DNA of 25,037 nucleotides from the NCBI GenBank assembly GCA_041498975.1, contig JBGQJI010000026.1:1-25037 (forward strand), read 5' to 3'. Below the pieces are notes generated by a model, which made no database searches, had not been told where the DNA came from, and worked only from the letters and a program-made list of their open reading frames with translations. Of this stretch, positions 15,832-24,169 are shown in pieces. Both the position numbers and the translations under genes were made by a program. Each line of letters begins with the position of its first letter. Positions within the stretch are counted from its first letter, which is position 1. Source of the DNA: Candidatus Methylomirabilis sp. GTDB lineage: Bacteria; Methylomirabilota; Methylomirabilia; Methylomirabilales; Methylomirabilaceae.

Positions 15832-16584
15832 ATGAGCTTTGCCCTGCTTTCCATCGAGCTGGAGGACGCGCTCCAAAGCCAGGGGTGCGCCGTTTGCCGC
15901 CTCGTCCAGGAGGGTGACCAGCGTTACATTCGTCACTTCCTCTGGGAAGGGAAAAACGAGGGCCATATGCTCCTCAGGCTCAAACGCTCGCTCGGCCTCT
16001 GCCACCATCATGCTTGGTTGCTGGCCGATACCGAAGACCTGGAGTTCAAGGATGGGTTGGGAACAGCGACCCTGTACGATTGGCTGCTTGACATCGCGCA
16101 TGAGACCCTCCGGAAGGCGCGGGAGACCCGCACCATCGAGGCGGCGAAACGACTGGCTACATCGTTGCACCCACAACCCCCCTGCCCTGCATGCGCCATC
16201 CGCCGCGAGTTTGCGGAGACGGTCCTGTGGGGCCTGCAGCAATTTCTCGCGCCCGTGGGAGGTCATGAGACGATCAGGAACCTGTATGCCAAGTCAGGCG
16301 GCCTTTGCTTGCCTCATCTCCTGGCTCTCCTCCGGATGACCTCCTTCCCGGAGGTCGTGCAGCTATTGCTGGAGGTGCAGGAGCGGACGCTGGCATCCCT
16401 CCTCGCGGAACTGGAACTGTTCCAGCGCAAGCACCGGGTCGGCGAGCAAGCACCGATCGGCAAGGAACAGGACGCGTGGAACCGCGCCCTCGATCTGCTC
16501 GCTGGACGCCTAAACGGCGCCCGACCACCGGGTGTTGCGAACTCACAGGTGAATCGCACATCGAGGATGGTGGCTGAAGGCTGA
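15832..16584 (+). CDS. DUF6062-like protein 2
   Basis: CAVC...GLCHHH, CPAC...GLCLPH, EL..F.RKH...E.DAW.RA; GGAGG RBS just before ATG 15832. Confidence 0.8.
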   Translation: MSFALLSIELEDALQSQGCAVCRLVQEGDQRYIRHFLWEGKNEGHMLLRLKRSLGLCHHHAWLLADTEDLEFKDGLGTATLYDWLLDIAHETLRKARETRTIEAAKRLATSLHPQPPCPACAIRREFAETVLWGLQQFLAPVGGHETIRNLYAKSGGLCLPHLLALLRMTSFPEVVQLLLEVQERTLASLLAELELFQRKHRVGEQAPIGKEQDAWNRALDLLAGRLNGARPPGVANSQVNRTSRMVAEG

Positions 16585-16616
16585 AGTGCCGGTGCCCGCA
16601 TCTCGCCGGTATCCTG

Positions 16617-17354
16617 ATGTCGCTGCACTTACTCTATAGCCGCTGGAGAGCGGCACTCACCCAGGCGGGGTGTCCGGCCTGCCGGATCATGGAGGCTGTG
16701 GCCCGGAGGTACATGATCACGCTCGTCCGTGAAGGGAAAAGCCACGACGAGGTGTACATACGGATTCAGAGGGCGTGGGGCTTTTGTGAGGGGCACGGCC
16801 GAATGCTGAAAGGGATCAGCCCGGCGAAGCTTGGTGATGGGATGAGTCCGGCGCGACTGTGCTCCTGGCTATTAGGGGCCCTGAGTATGCGGCTGTCCAA
16901 GGCGTTGCAGTCCACCAGGACCTCGTTGTCGCCGAGGATTCAAGGGCGCCGATGGCTCAGGAGAAAGAGACCTCCTGGCGAAGGAATCGCCAAACAGCTC
17001 GAAGTCGAAGGGCGCTGCCCGGCTTGTGAAGATCTCACCAGGTATGAGCGAAGCCTGTTATGGGGCCTTCAGCGCCTTCTTTCAGAGACCAAAGGGGAAG
17101 AGACGATCCGACACTTATATCATGCCTCTCATGGTCTCTGCTTCCCGCACCTCCGCCTCGCTCTCGAAGAGGCGGAGGAACCGTCGTCGGTCGATCTGCT
17201 CCTCCAGGTTCAAGAGCAGGCACTCTCCGACCTTTCCTGGAACCTGAAGGAGTATCTTCGGAAGCATGATTACCGCTACAGGCTTGAGCCGATGACGCAG
17301 GCAGAAGCCACGAGTTGCCTTCGGGCAATCGCCTTGTTCGCGGGGGAGCGATAG
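16617..17354 (+). CDS. DUF6062-like protein 3
   Basis: CPAC...GFCEGH, CPAC...GLCFPH, LKEYLRKHDYRY..EP. Confidence 0.8.
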   Translation: MSLHLLYSRWRAALTQAGCPACRIMEAVARRYMITLVREGKSHDEVYIRIQRAWGFCEGHGRMLKGISPAKLGDGMSPARLCSWLLGALSMRLSKALQSTRTSLSPRIQGRRWLRRKRPPGEGIAKQLEVEGRCPACEDLTRYERSLLWGLQRLLSETKGEETIRHLYHASHGLCFPHLRLALEEAEEPSSVDLLLQVQEQALSDLSWNLKEYLRKHDYRYRLEPMTQAEATSCLRAIALFAGER

Positions 17355-17483
17355 GTGAGCCTCCGCGTGATCGCCGACCCGCGCATCATTCCGGCGGCGC
17401 TGGAGATTGTCACACGGAAGCCTTTGGACCACCCAATCTGTGAGTGTAGTGGTTGTTGTGCGGCGAGGGTTGTTTGCGGATGA
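17355..17483 (+). CDS. Possible 42-aa Cys-rich small protein (below the ORF-track cutoff)
   Basis: GTG directly after the upstream TAG, with a GGGGAG RBS; MSLRVIADPRIIPAALEIVTRKPLDHPICECSGCCAARVVCG; its stop overlaps the next start as ATGA. Confidence 0.35.
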   Translation: MSLRVIADPRIIPAALEIVTRKPLDHPICECSGCCAARVVCG

Positions 17484-17956
17484 ACGCGCAAGATGGTCAG
17501 CCGGTGCTGCTCAATCCCTCGCAGAAGAATTCACTTCGCATCAGCTTGCTGCTGGTGGAGAGGGGGATGCTCGAAATGGAGCGCCTCCTGTCCGCTGGCG
17601 AATACCATGGGATCCTGTTCCGGATTACGGATGATCTTGGTGACGACACGAAGACAGCCATTGGGCAGCTTATCCACGAGGTTCGGGGGGTCATCCGGGA
17701 GCTGAGGGACCGGTTTCAACTTGACCTGGAGGCTGAAAGAACGAGTCGCGCCATCTTCGGGAAGGCTCCTTTGCTCTGGGAGATCGTGACAGATAGCGAC
17801 ACCAGCCGCCTGCGAGGATACGGACAGGTCCAGCCAGGTTTGAAAGAGATCCTGGACCCCTCAATCGAGCGACTGAGTCAATCCTTGCTGAGAATGCATG
17901 GCTTGGTTTCTAACAACGATAGAGCGTTCACGCGGGATCGGGGCGGTGAACAGTAG
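17480..17956 (+). CDS. Hypothetical all-helical protein with an RLRGYG motif
   Basis: LN.SQKNSLRISL...RLRGYG; amphipathic helices; ATG at 17480. Confidence 0.7.
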   Translation: MNAQDGQPVLLNPSQKNSLRISLLLVERGMLEMERLLSAGEYHGILFRITDDLGDDTKTAIGQLIHEVRGVIRELRDRFQLDLEAERTSRAIFGKAPLLWEIVTDSDTSRLRGYGQVQPGLKEILDPSIERLSQSLLRMHGLVSNNDRAFTRDRGGEQ

Positions 17957-17974
17957 AATTCTCTCGGTGAGCAG

Positions 17975-18037
17975 ATTAGGCGATGGGGTTCGCCATTAAC
18001 CATCCCGATGGCCACGTCGGGATTAATGACCCCTATC
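17975..18037 (+). ncRNA. Fluoride riboswitch (crcB motif) 2
   Basis: GGCGATGGGGTTCGCC-ATTAACC-ATCCCGA/TCGGGAT-TAATGACCCCTAT. P1 GGCG/CGCC, pseudoknot GGGGTT(17985-90)/GACCCC(18028-33). Confidence 0.94.
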
Positions 18038-18070
18038 AAAGGTTCCAGCCCTTGATAGGGGTTTTCTTTT
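18028..18070 (+). terminator. Riboswitch 2 expression-platform terminator
   Basis: Perfect 11-bp stem ACCCCTATCAA/TTGATAGGGGT followed by TTTCTTTT; overlaps the pseudoknot strand. Confidence 0.9.
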
Positions 18071-18084
18071 GAGAGGTTTTGGCC

Positions 18085-18474
18085 GTGAGCAGGAGGCGTC
18101 CAACTGCCGACGAGCGCAACGCCATTGGGGTGTACCTCAGCGGTCGCGGGGCGCATGATCTCGCCATCAGCGAACTGAAGAAAGCAAGGCGGCTAGCTCC
18201 AGGGTCGCCAACCGTCCACTACAACTTGGCGGCCGCCTACTTCGGGAAGAGGGATTTCGATCAAGCCTTCTCGGCTCTCAAGGTGGCCCTGGACCGGGAT
18301 CCCCAACATCTGAATGCCCACCTCCTGCTCGGGCTCGTGCTTGAGGCCAAGGGGTTGTACGATGAGAGCCGCCGGGAGCTTCAATGGGTCGTCGAGCAAG
18401 ACCCCGTGAGCAGAAGCGGCCAAGAAGCTAAGGAAGCGCTGGTCAATCTTGAATCGAGAATGGCCAGACGGTAA
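18085..18474 (+). CDS. Tetratricopeptide repeat protein
   Basis: Three TPR-like units (NAIGV..., VHYNLAAAYF....FDQA, AHLLLGLVL...G.YDES); GAGAGG RBS 8 nt before GTG 18085. Confidence 0.85.
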   Translation: MSRRRPTADERNAIGVYLSGRGAHDLAISELKKARRLAPGSPTVHYNLAAAYFGKRDFDQAFSALKVALDRDPQHLNAHLLLGLVLEAKGLYDESRRELQWVVEQDPVSRSGQEAKEALVNLESRMARR

Positions 18475-18670
18475 GGGGAGATCCCCAACGAACACGAGCT
18501 GTCCCGTGAGCAGATGCTGCCGAAGAGGTGCTTGTTATGTGCACCTGCCGCCGCGTTGCGCTCACCCTCCGCTCGGCCTCGACAACTGGAGAAAGGAATG
18601 TGATAGTCGATCATCAAACCGATCCGGCTGCACGTAGATCGACGGAACCTGACATGATAATGAGGCCAGG

Positions 18671-19960
18671 ATGGCACTAATTTCCAAGATTAGTGCGCGT
18701 GAGGTGCTCGATTCCCGCGGGTACCCCACCATCGAAGTCGAGGTTGTGCTCGAGGACGGTGCGCTTGGCAGAGCTTCGATTCCCGCAGGAGCCTCCACCG
18801 GCAAAATGGAAGCCATGGAGCTTCGCGACGGTGAGAAAGGACGATATCTAGGCAAAGGTGTCAGACGAGCGGTCACGATCGTGACCGAGGTTCTGGCCCT
18901 GAAACTCCTGGGGCTGGAGGCGCACGATCAACCGCTCATCGACAGAACGATGATCGACCTGGATGGGACTCCAAACAAATCGAGATTGGGGGCCAATTCG
19001 ATCCTGGGGATTTCCCTTGCGGTCTCAAAGGCCGCTGCCACGTCTGACGGCGTTCCCCTCTTCAAATACCTCGGAGGTCCGGACGCAAAGGTCATGCCGG
19101 TCCCGATGATGAACGTGATCAATGGGGGACGACACGCTGATAATACCCTGGACTTTCAAGAGTTCATGATTGTCCCACTTGGGGCGCCTCGGTTTTCGGA
19201 CGCCTTGCGGGCAGCGGTTGAGACCTTCCACTCCTTAAAGGAGGTTCTGAAGAGTGCGGGATACGGGACGACAGTCGGCGATGAAGGTGGATTCGCACCG
19301 CGCCTCCGAACGCACGATGAGGCCATCGAATTGATCCTCGCTGCGATCACGAAGGCCGGATTCAAGGCGCCAGGCGAGGTAGCCATTGCCCTCGATCCAG
19401 CCGCCAGCGAATTTTTCAACGACGGTGTGTACAGATTCGAGAAGTCCGACCGATCGAGAAGAGACGCCGAGGGCATGGTAAGGCTGTATGATGACCTCGT
19501 TCGCCAGTATCCGATCGTCTCCCTTGAAGACGGGCTGGCAGAGACCGATTGGCGGGGGTGGGAGATCTTAACGAGGGAGCTTGGGGACAGGCTTCAACTG
19601 GTGGGGGATGACATTTTTGTCACCAACCCCGCCCTCATCGCTGAAGGCATCCGGAAAAAGGTCGCCACTGCGGTCCTCATCAAATTGAACCAGGTTGGGA
19701 CCGTGACGGAAACCCTGCAAGCCGTGCGAGTTGCCCAAGGCGCCGGATATGGGGTCGTGATCTCCCACCGCTCGGGCGAGACCGAGGATACCGCCATCGC
19801 GGACTTCGCGGTGGCCTGCCAAAGCGGACAGATCAAGGCAGGGTCTGCATGTCGTACAGACCGCGTCGCCAAATACAATCAACTGCTCCGCATCGAGGAG
19901 CAGTTGGGACCGGAAGCGGTGTTCCTTGGGCCCAGGATATTCTCCAGGTATGTTGCCTGA
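18671..19960 (+). CDS. eno: Enolase (phosphopyruvate hydratase)
   Basis: [62 protein letters not shown] all present. Confidence 0.97.
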   Translation: MALISKISAREVLDSRGYPTIEVEVVLEDGALGRASIPAGASTGKMEAMELRDGEKGRYLGKGVRRAVTIVTEVLALKLLGLEAHDQPLIDRTMIDLDGTPNKSRLGANSILGISLAVSKAAATSDGVPLFKYLGGPDAKVMPVPMMNVINGGRHADNTLDFQEFMIVPLGAPRFSDALRAAVETFHSLKEVLKSAGYGTTVGDEGGFAPRLRTHDEAIELILAAITKAGFKAPGEVAIALDPAASEFFNDGVYRFEKSDRSRRDAEGMVRLYDDLVRQYPIVSLEDGLAETDWRGWEILTRELGDRLQLVGDDIFVTNPALIAEGIRKKVATAVLIKLNQVGTVTETLQAVRVAQGAGYGVVISHRSGETEDTAIADFAVACQSGQIKAGSACRTDRVAKYNQLLRIEEQLGPEAVFLGPRIFSRYVA

Positions 19961-19974
19961 GAGGATGATGGTGC

Positions 19975-21675
19975 ATGATCTTCTACTGTCCCTCGTGTTG
20001 GCGTGAGGTGCCCGAAACTGTCCGGGTGTGTCCACATTGCATGGTGGATGTGGAGCGCCTCACCCAAGAACAAGATTACGTCCAGAAGCTGATCGCTGCC
20101 CTTGACCATCCCGAGCCCCAGACACCCATCCGGGTGGCCTGGATTCTCGGCTTCCGGAAGGAAACGCACGCGGTCGCCGATTTAGCCCGGCTCGTCCGTG
20201 AATCAGATGATCCATATATCGTCGAGGCAGCCGTGGAGGCGCTCGGGAGGATCGGGGATCCGGCGGGCCTGGCGGCCGTCCGATTTGCCTCGCAGCACGG
20301 GGGGGTGAGGGTCCGCGAGAGGGCCAAGTATGCCATCGATCTCATTGAGGGGATACCATCCGTCCCTCACGAGGAGCCGACCTCAAAGCGGGAGCAATCA
20401 ACCAACCGAACTAGCGATCCCCTCCCACCCGTACGACTTGATCCGACGGAGTCGGCCCGATCCGAAGGGTGGCTGAACCGGAACGTTGTGGGGATGGGGG
20501 TGACCAGCCTTCTGTCCGATGCATGCCACGAGATGGCCACCGCTGTCCTTCCAAGCTTCCTGACGAGCATCGGTGCGCCGGCGGCGGCTCTTGGCGTGAT
20601 TGAGGGCGTGGCGGACGCCACCAGCAGCTTCGTCAAGTTGGGGGCCGGCTGGTACTCTGACCGAATCGGCCATCGCAAGGGGATCTGCATCCTAGGCTAC
20701 TTCCTGACCGGCGTCTCCAAGGCGCTGTTCGCGTTCGCTATCACCTGGCCCTTGGTGCTCGTCGGCCGAGTCATCGGCTGGTTCGGCCGCGGCATTCGCG
20801 GGCCCCTGCGGGATGCCATGCTAGCGGAGTCTGTCCCGCCGGAAGCGAGGGGAAAAGCCTTCGGATTCCACAGGGCCGGCGACACGTTGGGCGCCATCAT
20901 CGGCCCGCTCCTTGCGGTCGGAGTCATCGAAATGCTCCAGGCCCGTGGTGTGCAGGACTCGTCGGCCCCGTTTCGGACGGTCTTCCTCCTCACGCTGATT
21001 CCGGGGTTGGCCTCGGTTCTCACGATGGCAAGCCTGGTCCGGGAACGGCGCCGCCTGCCCAATCACGACCTTCGGTTCTGGGCCTCGCTCAGGGAACTCC
21101 CAAAGAGGTTCCGCCGCTTCCTTCTGGGCGTCGGCCTCTTCGGCCTCGGCGATTATGCCCACACTTTCTTGATCCTCGCCGCCACCACCCTCCTTACCCC
21201 TGCATACGGGCTCGTCGAAGCCGCGCAGATCGCCGCGCTCCTCTATGTGTGGCGGAACGTCCTCTATGCCGCCGCCTCTTATCCGGTGGGCGCCCTGAGC
21301 GACCGTGTGGGACGACGAGGTCTGCTCGCTCTCGGCTATCTCCTTGGGGCCGTGACCGCCGGCGGCTTCGGGCTTGCGTTTCTCATCCCTCTTCCCGCTC
21401 TCTCGAAACTGGCCGTGCTGGTTTGCCTCTTTGCGACGGCAGGCATCTATATTGCCATGGAGGACACGCTTGAAGGAACGCTGACAGCCGACCTGACTCC
21501 ACGAGAAACCTGGGGTCTCTCGCAAGGCGTCCTCGGCACGATCAATGGGGTCGGCGACTTCGTTGCCAGCCTTGTTGTTGGGATCTTGTGGTCTGCCGTC
21601 TCTCCCATGGCGGCCTTTGGCTACGCTGCCCTTCTCTCTCTCCTCGGCACCGCGCTCATCTATCGACTACGATGA
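19975..21675 (+). CDS. MFS transporter with N-terminal Zn-ribbon and HEAT-repeat domains
   Basis: CPSC-x10-CPHC, then HEAT units (VEAAVEALGRIGD), then an MFS body from about residue 165 with motif A twice (GWYSDRIGHRK, GALSDRVGRR) and RGKAFGFHRAGD. Confidence 0.88.
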   Translation: MIFYCPSCWREVPETVRVCPHCMVDVERLTQEQDYVQKLIAALDHPEPQTPIRVAWILGFRKETHAVADLARLVRESDDPYIVEAAVEALGRIGDPAGLAAVRFASQHGGVRVRERAKYAIDLIEGIPSVPHEEPTSKREQSTNRTSDPLPPVRLDPTESARSEGWLNRNVVGMGVTSLLSDACHEMATAVLPSFLTSIGAPAAALGVIEGVADATSSFVKLGAGWYSDRIGHRKGICILGYFLTGVSKALFAFAITWPLVLVGRVIGWFGRGIRGPLRDAMLAESVPPEARGKAFGFHRAGDTLGAIIGPLLAVGVIEMLQARGVQDSSAPFRTVFLLTLIPGLASVLTMASLVRERRRLPNHDLRFWASLRELPKRFRRFLLGVGLFGLGDYAHTFLILAATTLLTPAYGLVEAAQIAALLYVWRNVLYAAASYPVGALSDRVGRRGLLALGYLLGAVTAGGFGLAFLIPLPALSKLAVLVCLFATAGIYIAMEDTLEGTLTADLTPRETWGLSQGVLGTINGVGDFVASLVVGILWSAVSPMAAFGYAALLSLLGTALIYRLR

Positions 21676-21724
21676 GGTCCTCCGAAGGGGTCAACAGGCA
21701 GCGCGCTCGATACGGACCACTGCG

Positions 21725-22747
21725 ATGAACCCGAGAAAACTTGTCAAGAAGCTTGACGACCTTCGCCAGAATCTGGATGCTCAGCTTCAACTCATCATGC
21801 TAGGCGAGAAGGCAGTGGAACCACTGGTCGAGTTCCTGCTGTCAGCGCCAGCGCTTCACGCGGAACCACGATGCCTGGCGGCCGAGGCACTGGGTGCCAT
21901 CGGCGGGGAGAGGGCAATTGACGGCCTGATCAAAGCGTTGACTATCAATGATGTCCATGCCTGCGACCCAAGTATCCGCCTCTCGGAGGAAGTGGTCCGC
22001 AGTTGCGCGGCCGCGCAGCTCGGGCGATTGGGCGCCCGGAGAGCCATTGAGCCTTTGCTGGACGCGCTGGAGCGGCTTCATCTCGTTGGAGCGGCCGAGG
22101 CACTCGCCAGGCTCGGGGAGACACGAGGCATCCCCTTGATGATCGATCGACTCGAGGATCCATTTATCAGGGTGAGGATCGGCCAAGCGCTTCTGGCCTT
22201 CGGCCAAGAGGGGCAGATTCCGTTGATCGAAACCCTGTCAGTTAGGCGCTACGTCCAGGAAGAGGAATCGAGAGGCAGCCGAGAGCGACGGGCGGAGGCC
22301 ACGCGGTTGCTGGGTCTCCTGAAATCACAAAAGACTATCGAGCCTCTCATGGAGCTGCTTGTCGATGAGGCTCGGGAGGTTCGGCTGCACGCGGCGCTGT
22401 CACTTTGCGACCTTATGAGTACCGATGACCACCGGCTCGAGCAGGCGCTGCCAGTCCTGGTCAGGGACTCGGAGTGCGGCGGGCTTGCCACAAGGGACCG
22501 GGTGTTCGACGCGCTGATCAAAATGGCTTCCAAGGCGCTCCCGCATCTCCTCGAAGCTCTGGAAGATTCAGACCTTTCCGGCGACACGAAAGACTTGATG
22601 ATCGAGGTCCTGGCTCACATCCCGGATCCTCGTGTTCCCGGCGCATTGCTCTCTCTGCTCTCAGGCCGACAGAGATCACTTCATTGGAAGGCCCGATGGG
22701 CTCTGCAGCGGCTGGGACGAACCTTCGAACCTTATCGCCCTCATTGA
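21725..22747 (+). CDS. HEAT-repeat (PBS lyase-like) protein
   Basis: Repeated AAEALGAIG, AAAQLGRLG..RAIEPLL and VRLHAALSL units. Start ATG 21725 chosen to avoid a 130-nt overlap with the MFS gene. Confidence 0.85.
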   Translation: MNPRKLVKKLDDLRQNLDAQLQLIMLGEKAVEPLVEFLLSAPALHAEPRCLAAEALGAIGGERAIDGLIKALTINDVHACDPSIRLSEEVVRSCAAAQLGRLGARRAIEPLLDALERLHLVGAAEALARLGETRGIPLMIDRLEDPFIRVRIGQALLAFGQEGQIPLIETLSVRRYVQEEESRGSRERRAEATRLLGLLKSQKTIEPLMELLVDEAREVRLHAALSLCDLMSTDDHRLEQALPVLVRDSECGGLATRDRVFDALIKMASKALPHLLEALEDSDLSGDTKDLMIEVLAHIPDPRVPGALLSLLSGRQRSLHWKARWALQRLGRTFEPYRPH

Positions 22748-22781
22748 TGAACACACTGAACCGCGCCTGAGATAAGGGGAC

Positions 22782-23360
22782 GTGAATCCTACGCCGCTGA
22801 TCCAACTCGCTTCAGATCTCGACACTTGGTTCTTTATGGGTGTGAATGTGGGGCTCTCTAACCCGTTCCTGGACAAGGTCATGCCGTGGGTAACGGAAAA
22901 ACACCACTTCGTCGCGCCCCTGGTCATTCTATTGCTCGCGTTATTGTTGTGGGGAGGACAACACGGCAGGCAGACGCTTCTCCTTGCCCTGATCCTCGTG
23001 ATCCTGACAGATCAGACTGGAAACCTCCTGAAACTCTTGCTGGCGCGAGTGCGCCCCTGTCACGTGGTACCGACAGCCCATCTCCTCGTAGGCTGCACGG
23101 CATCGGGCTCGTTCCCCTCCAACCATGTGTTGAATCTGTTTGCCCAATCCACGCTCCTGGCACTTCAGTGGGGATGGCCTGCGAGCCCCGCTTTCCTCGT
23201 CGCGGCGATCGTGGCTTATTCGCGCGTCTATGTAGGAGTCCATTATCCGGGCGACGTCATCGGAAGCGCCGGGATCGGGATAGTGTGGGGTTGGCTAGTA
23301 TCTCGTGGCGCCCTGGAGGTCAATCGTCGCTGGGTGAAATCCACGGTGAGAGACCCATGA
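22782..23360 (+). CDS. PAP2-family membrane phosphatase
   Basis: C1 K-x6-RP, C2 PSNH, C3 SRVYVGVHYPGD; hydrophobic segments. Confidence 0.92.
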   Translation: MNPTPLIQLASDLDTWFFMGVNVGLSNPFLDKVMPWVTEKHHFVAPLVILLLALLLWGGQHGRQTLLLALILVILTDQTGNLLKLLLARVRPCHVVPTAHLLVGCTASGSFPSNHVLNLFAQSTLLALQWGWPASPAFLVAAIVAYSRVYVGVHYPGDVIGSAGIGIVWGWLVSRGALEVNRRWVKSTVRDP

Positions 23361-24169
23361 TCAATGACACCACCTACTGGACACAGCTTGGCGAGAGTAT
23401 CAAGCTGAACAGGAATGCCGGGTACGATCCCTCCACAATCCTGATCTTTCTCATGGAGACGAACCGGGCCTGTCCCGTCTGTTTTATCCTGCGGGACCGA
23501 GAGTTCTACGTGCTCTGTCAGTTTCAGTACGACGTCATTCATCAGTCGGAAATAAGAGACGCATTTCGATACGAGGGCACCCTCTGTAACCACCATGCCT
23601 GGTTCATGAAAGCGCTAGCGACCCCTGTGACGAGTGGTGGACTCTTCCATGCTTTGATCACCGAGACCATGGGCCGACTCGACGAGAGTTCAGCCATCGT
23701 CCGAAATATCGTATACGATCGCCAACAGCCAGAAGTCATCGCAAAGCTCCTAGAGGGTGAACGCCGCTGCGTCGCGTGCGAAGACCATGCAGCAATGGAA
23801 ACTCATTTGATACAGGAAATGAGCAGGCTCTTAGGAGATCCTTCGTTTCGAACCACGTATCGGACCTCCTGGGGGATCTGCCGGCCACACGTAGCGAGTG
23901 TTCTTGCGCGGGTTGAGGATCCGCACCTCAAGGCTTTCGTACTCCAGGCCTACCTAGCACAGCTCAGGCGCCAAGCACATGAACTGGAGGAGCTTGAACG
24001 GCAGACTGCCGCGAAGGTGCGCGATCTGGGGGAGCTTGCCCAGGCTCACGCGCGGGCTGTCGAGCGCTGGGCGGGCATGCGCGGTTTGGCATTGCCGCGA
24101 GAAGAGCCACCCCCTCCCCTTCGAAGCCGGCTCTTGAAGTCCCCTGAGCGTGGTGAGGGCAACCATTGA
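23357..24169 (+). CDS. DUF6062-like protein 4 (divergent)
   Basis: CPVC...LCNHHAW and CVAC...GICRPH; ATGA overlap with the PAP2 stop fixes the start at 23357. Confidence 0.72.
   Translation: MINDTTYWTQLGESIKLNRNAGYDPSTILIFLMETNRACPVCFILRDREFYVLCQFQYDVIHQSEIRDAFRYEGTLCNHHAWFMKALATPVTSGGLFHALITETMGRLDESSAIVRNIVYDRQQPEVIAKLLEGERRCVACEDHAAMETHLIQEMSRLLGDPSFRTTYRTSWGICRPHVASVLARVEDPHLKAFVLQAYLAQLRRQAHELEELERQTAAKVRDLGELAQAHARAVERWAGMRGLALPREEPPPPLRSRLLKSPERGEGNH

Noticed and set aside
18475..18670. Gap before eno containing a small AGGTGC/GCACCT hairpin and short ORFs
   Set aside because: No recognisable RNA motif, U-tract or convincing coding signal.
22886..23356. 157-aa N-terminal extension of the 427-aa ORF
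   Set aside because: Overlaps the PAP2 gene in another frame; the ATGA-coupled start at 23357 is far more plausible.
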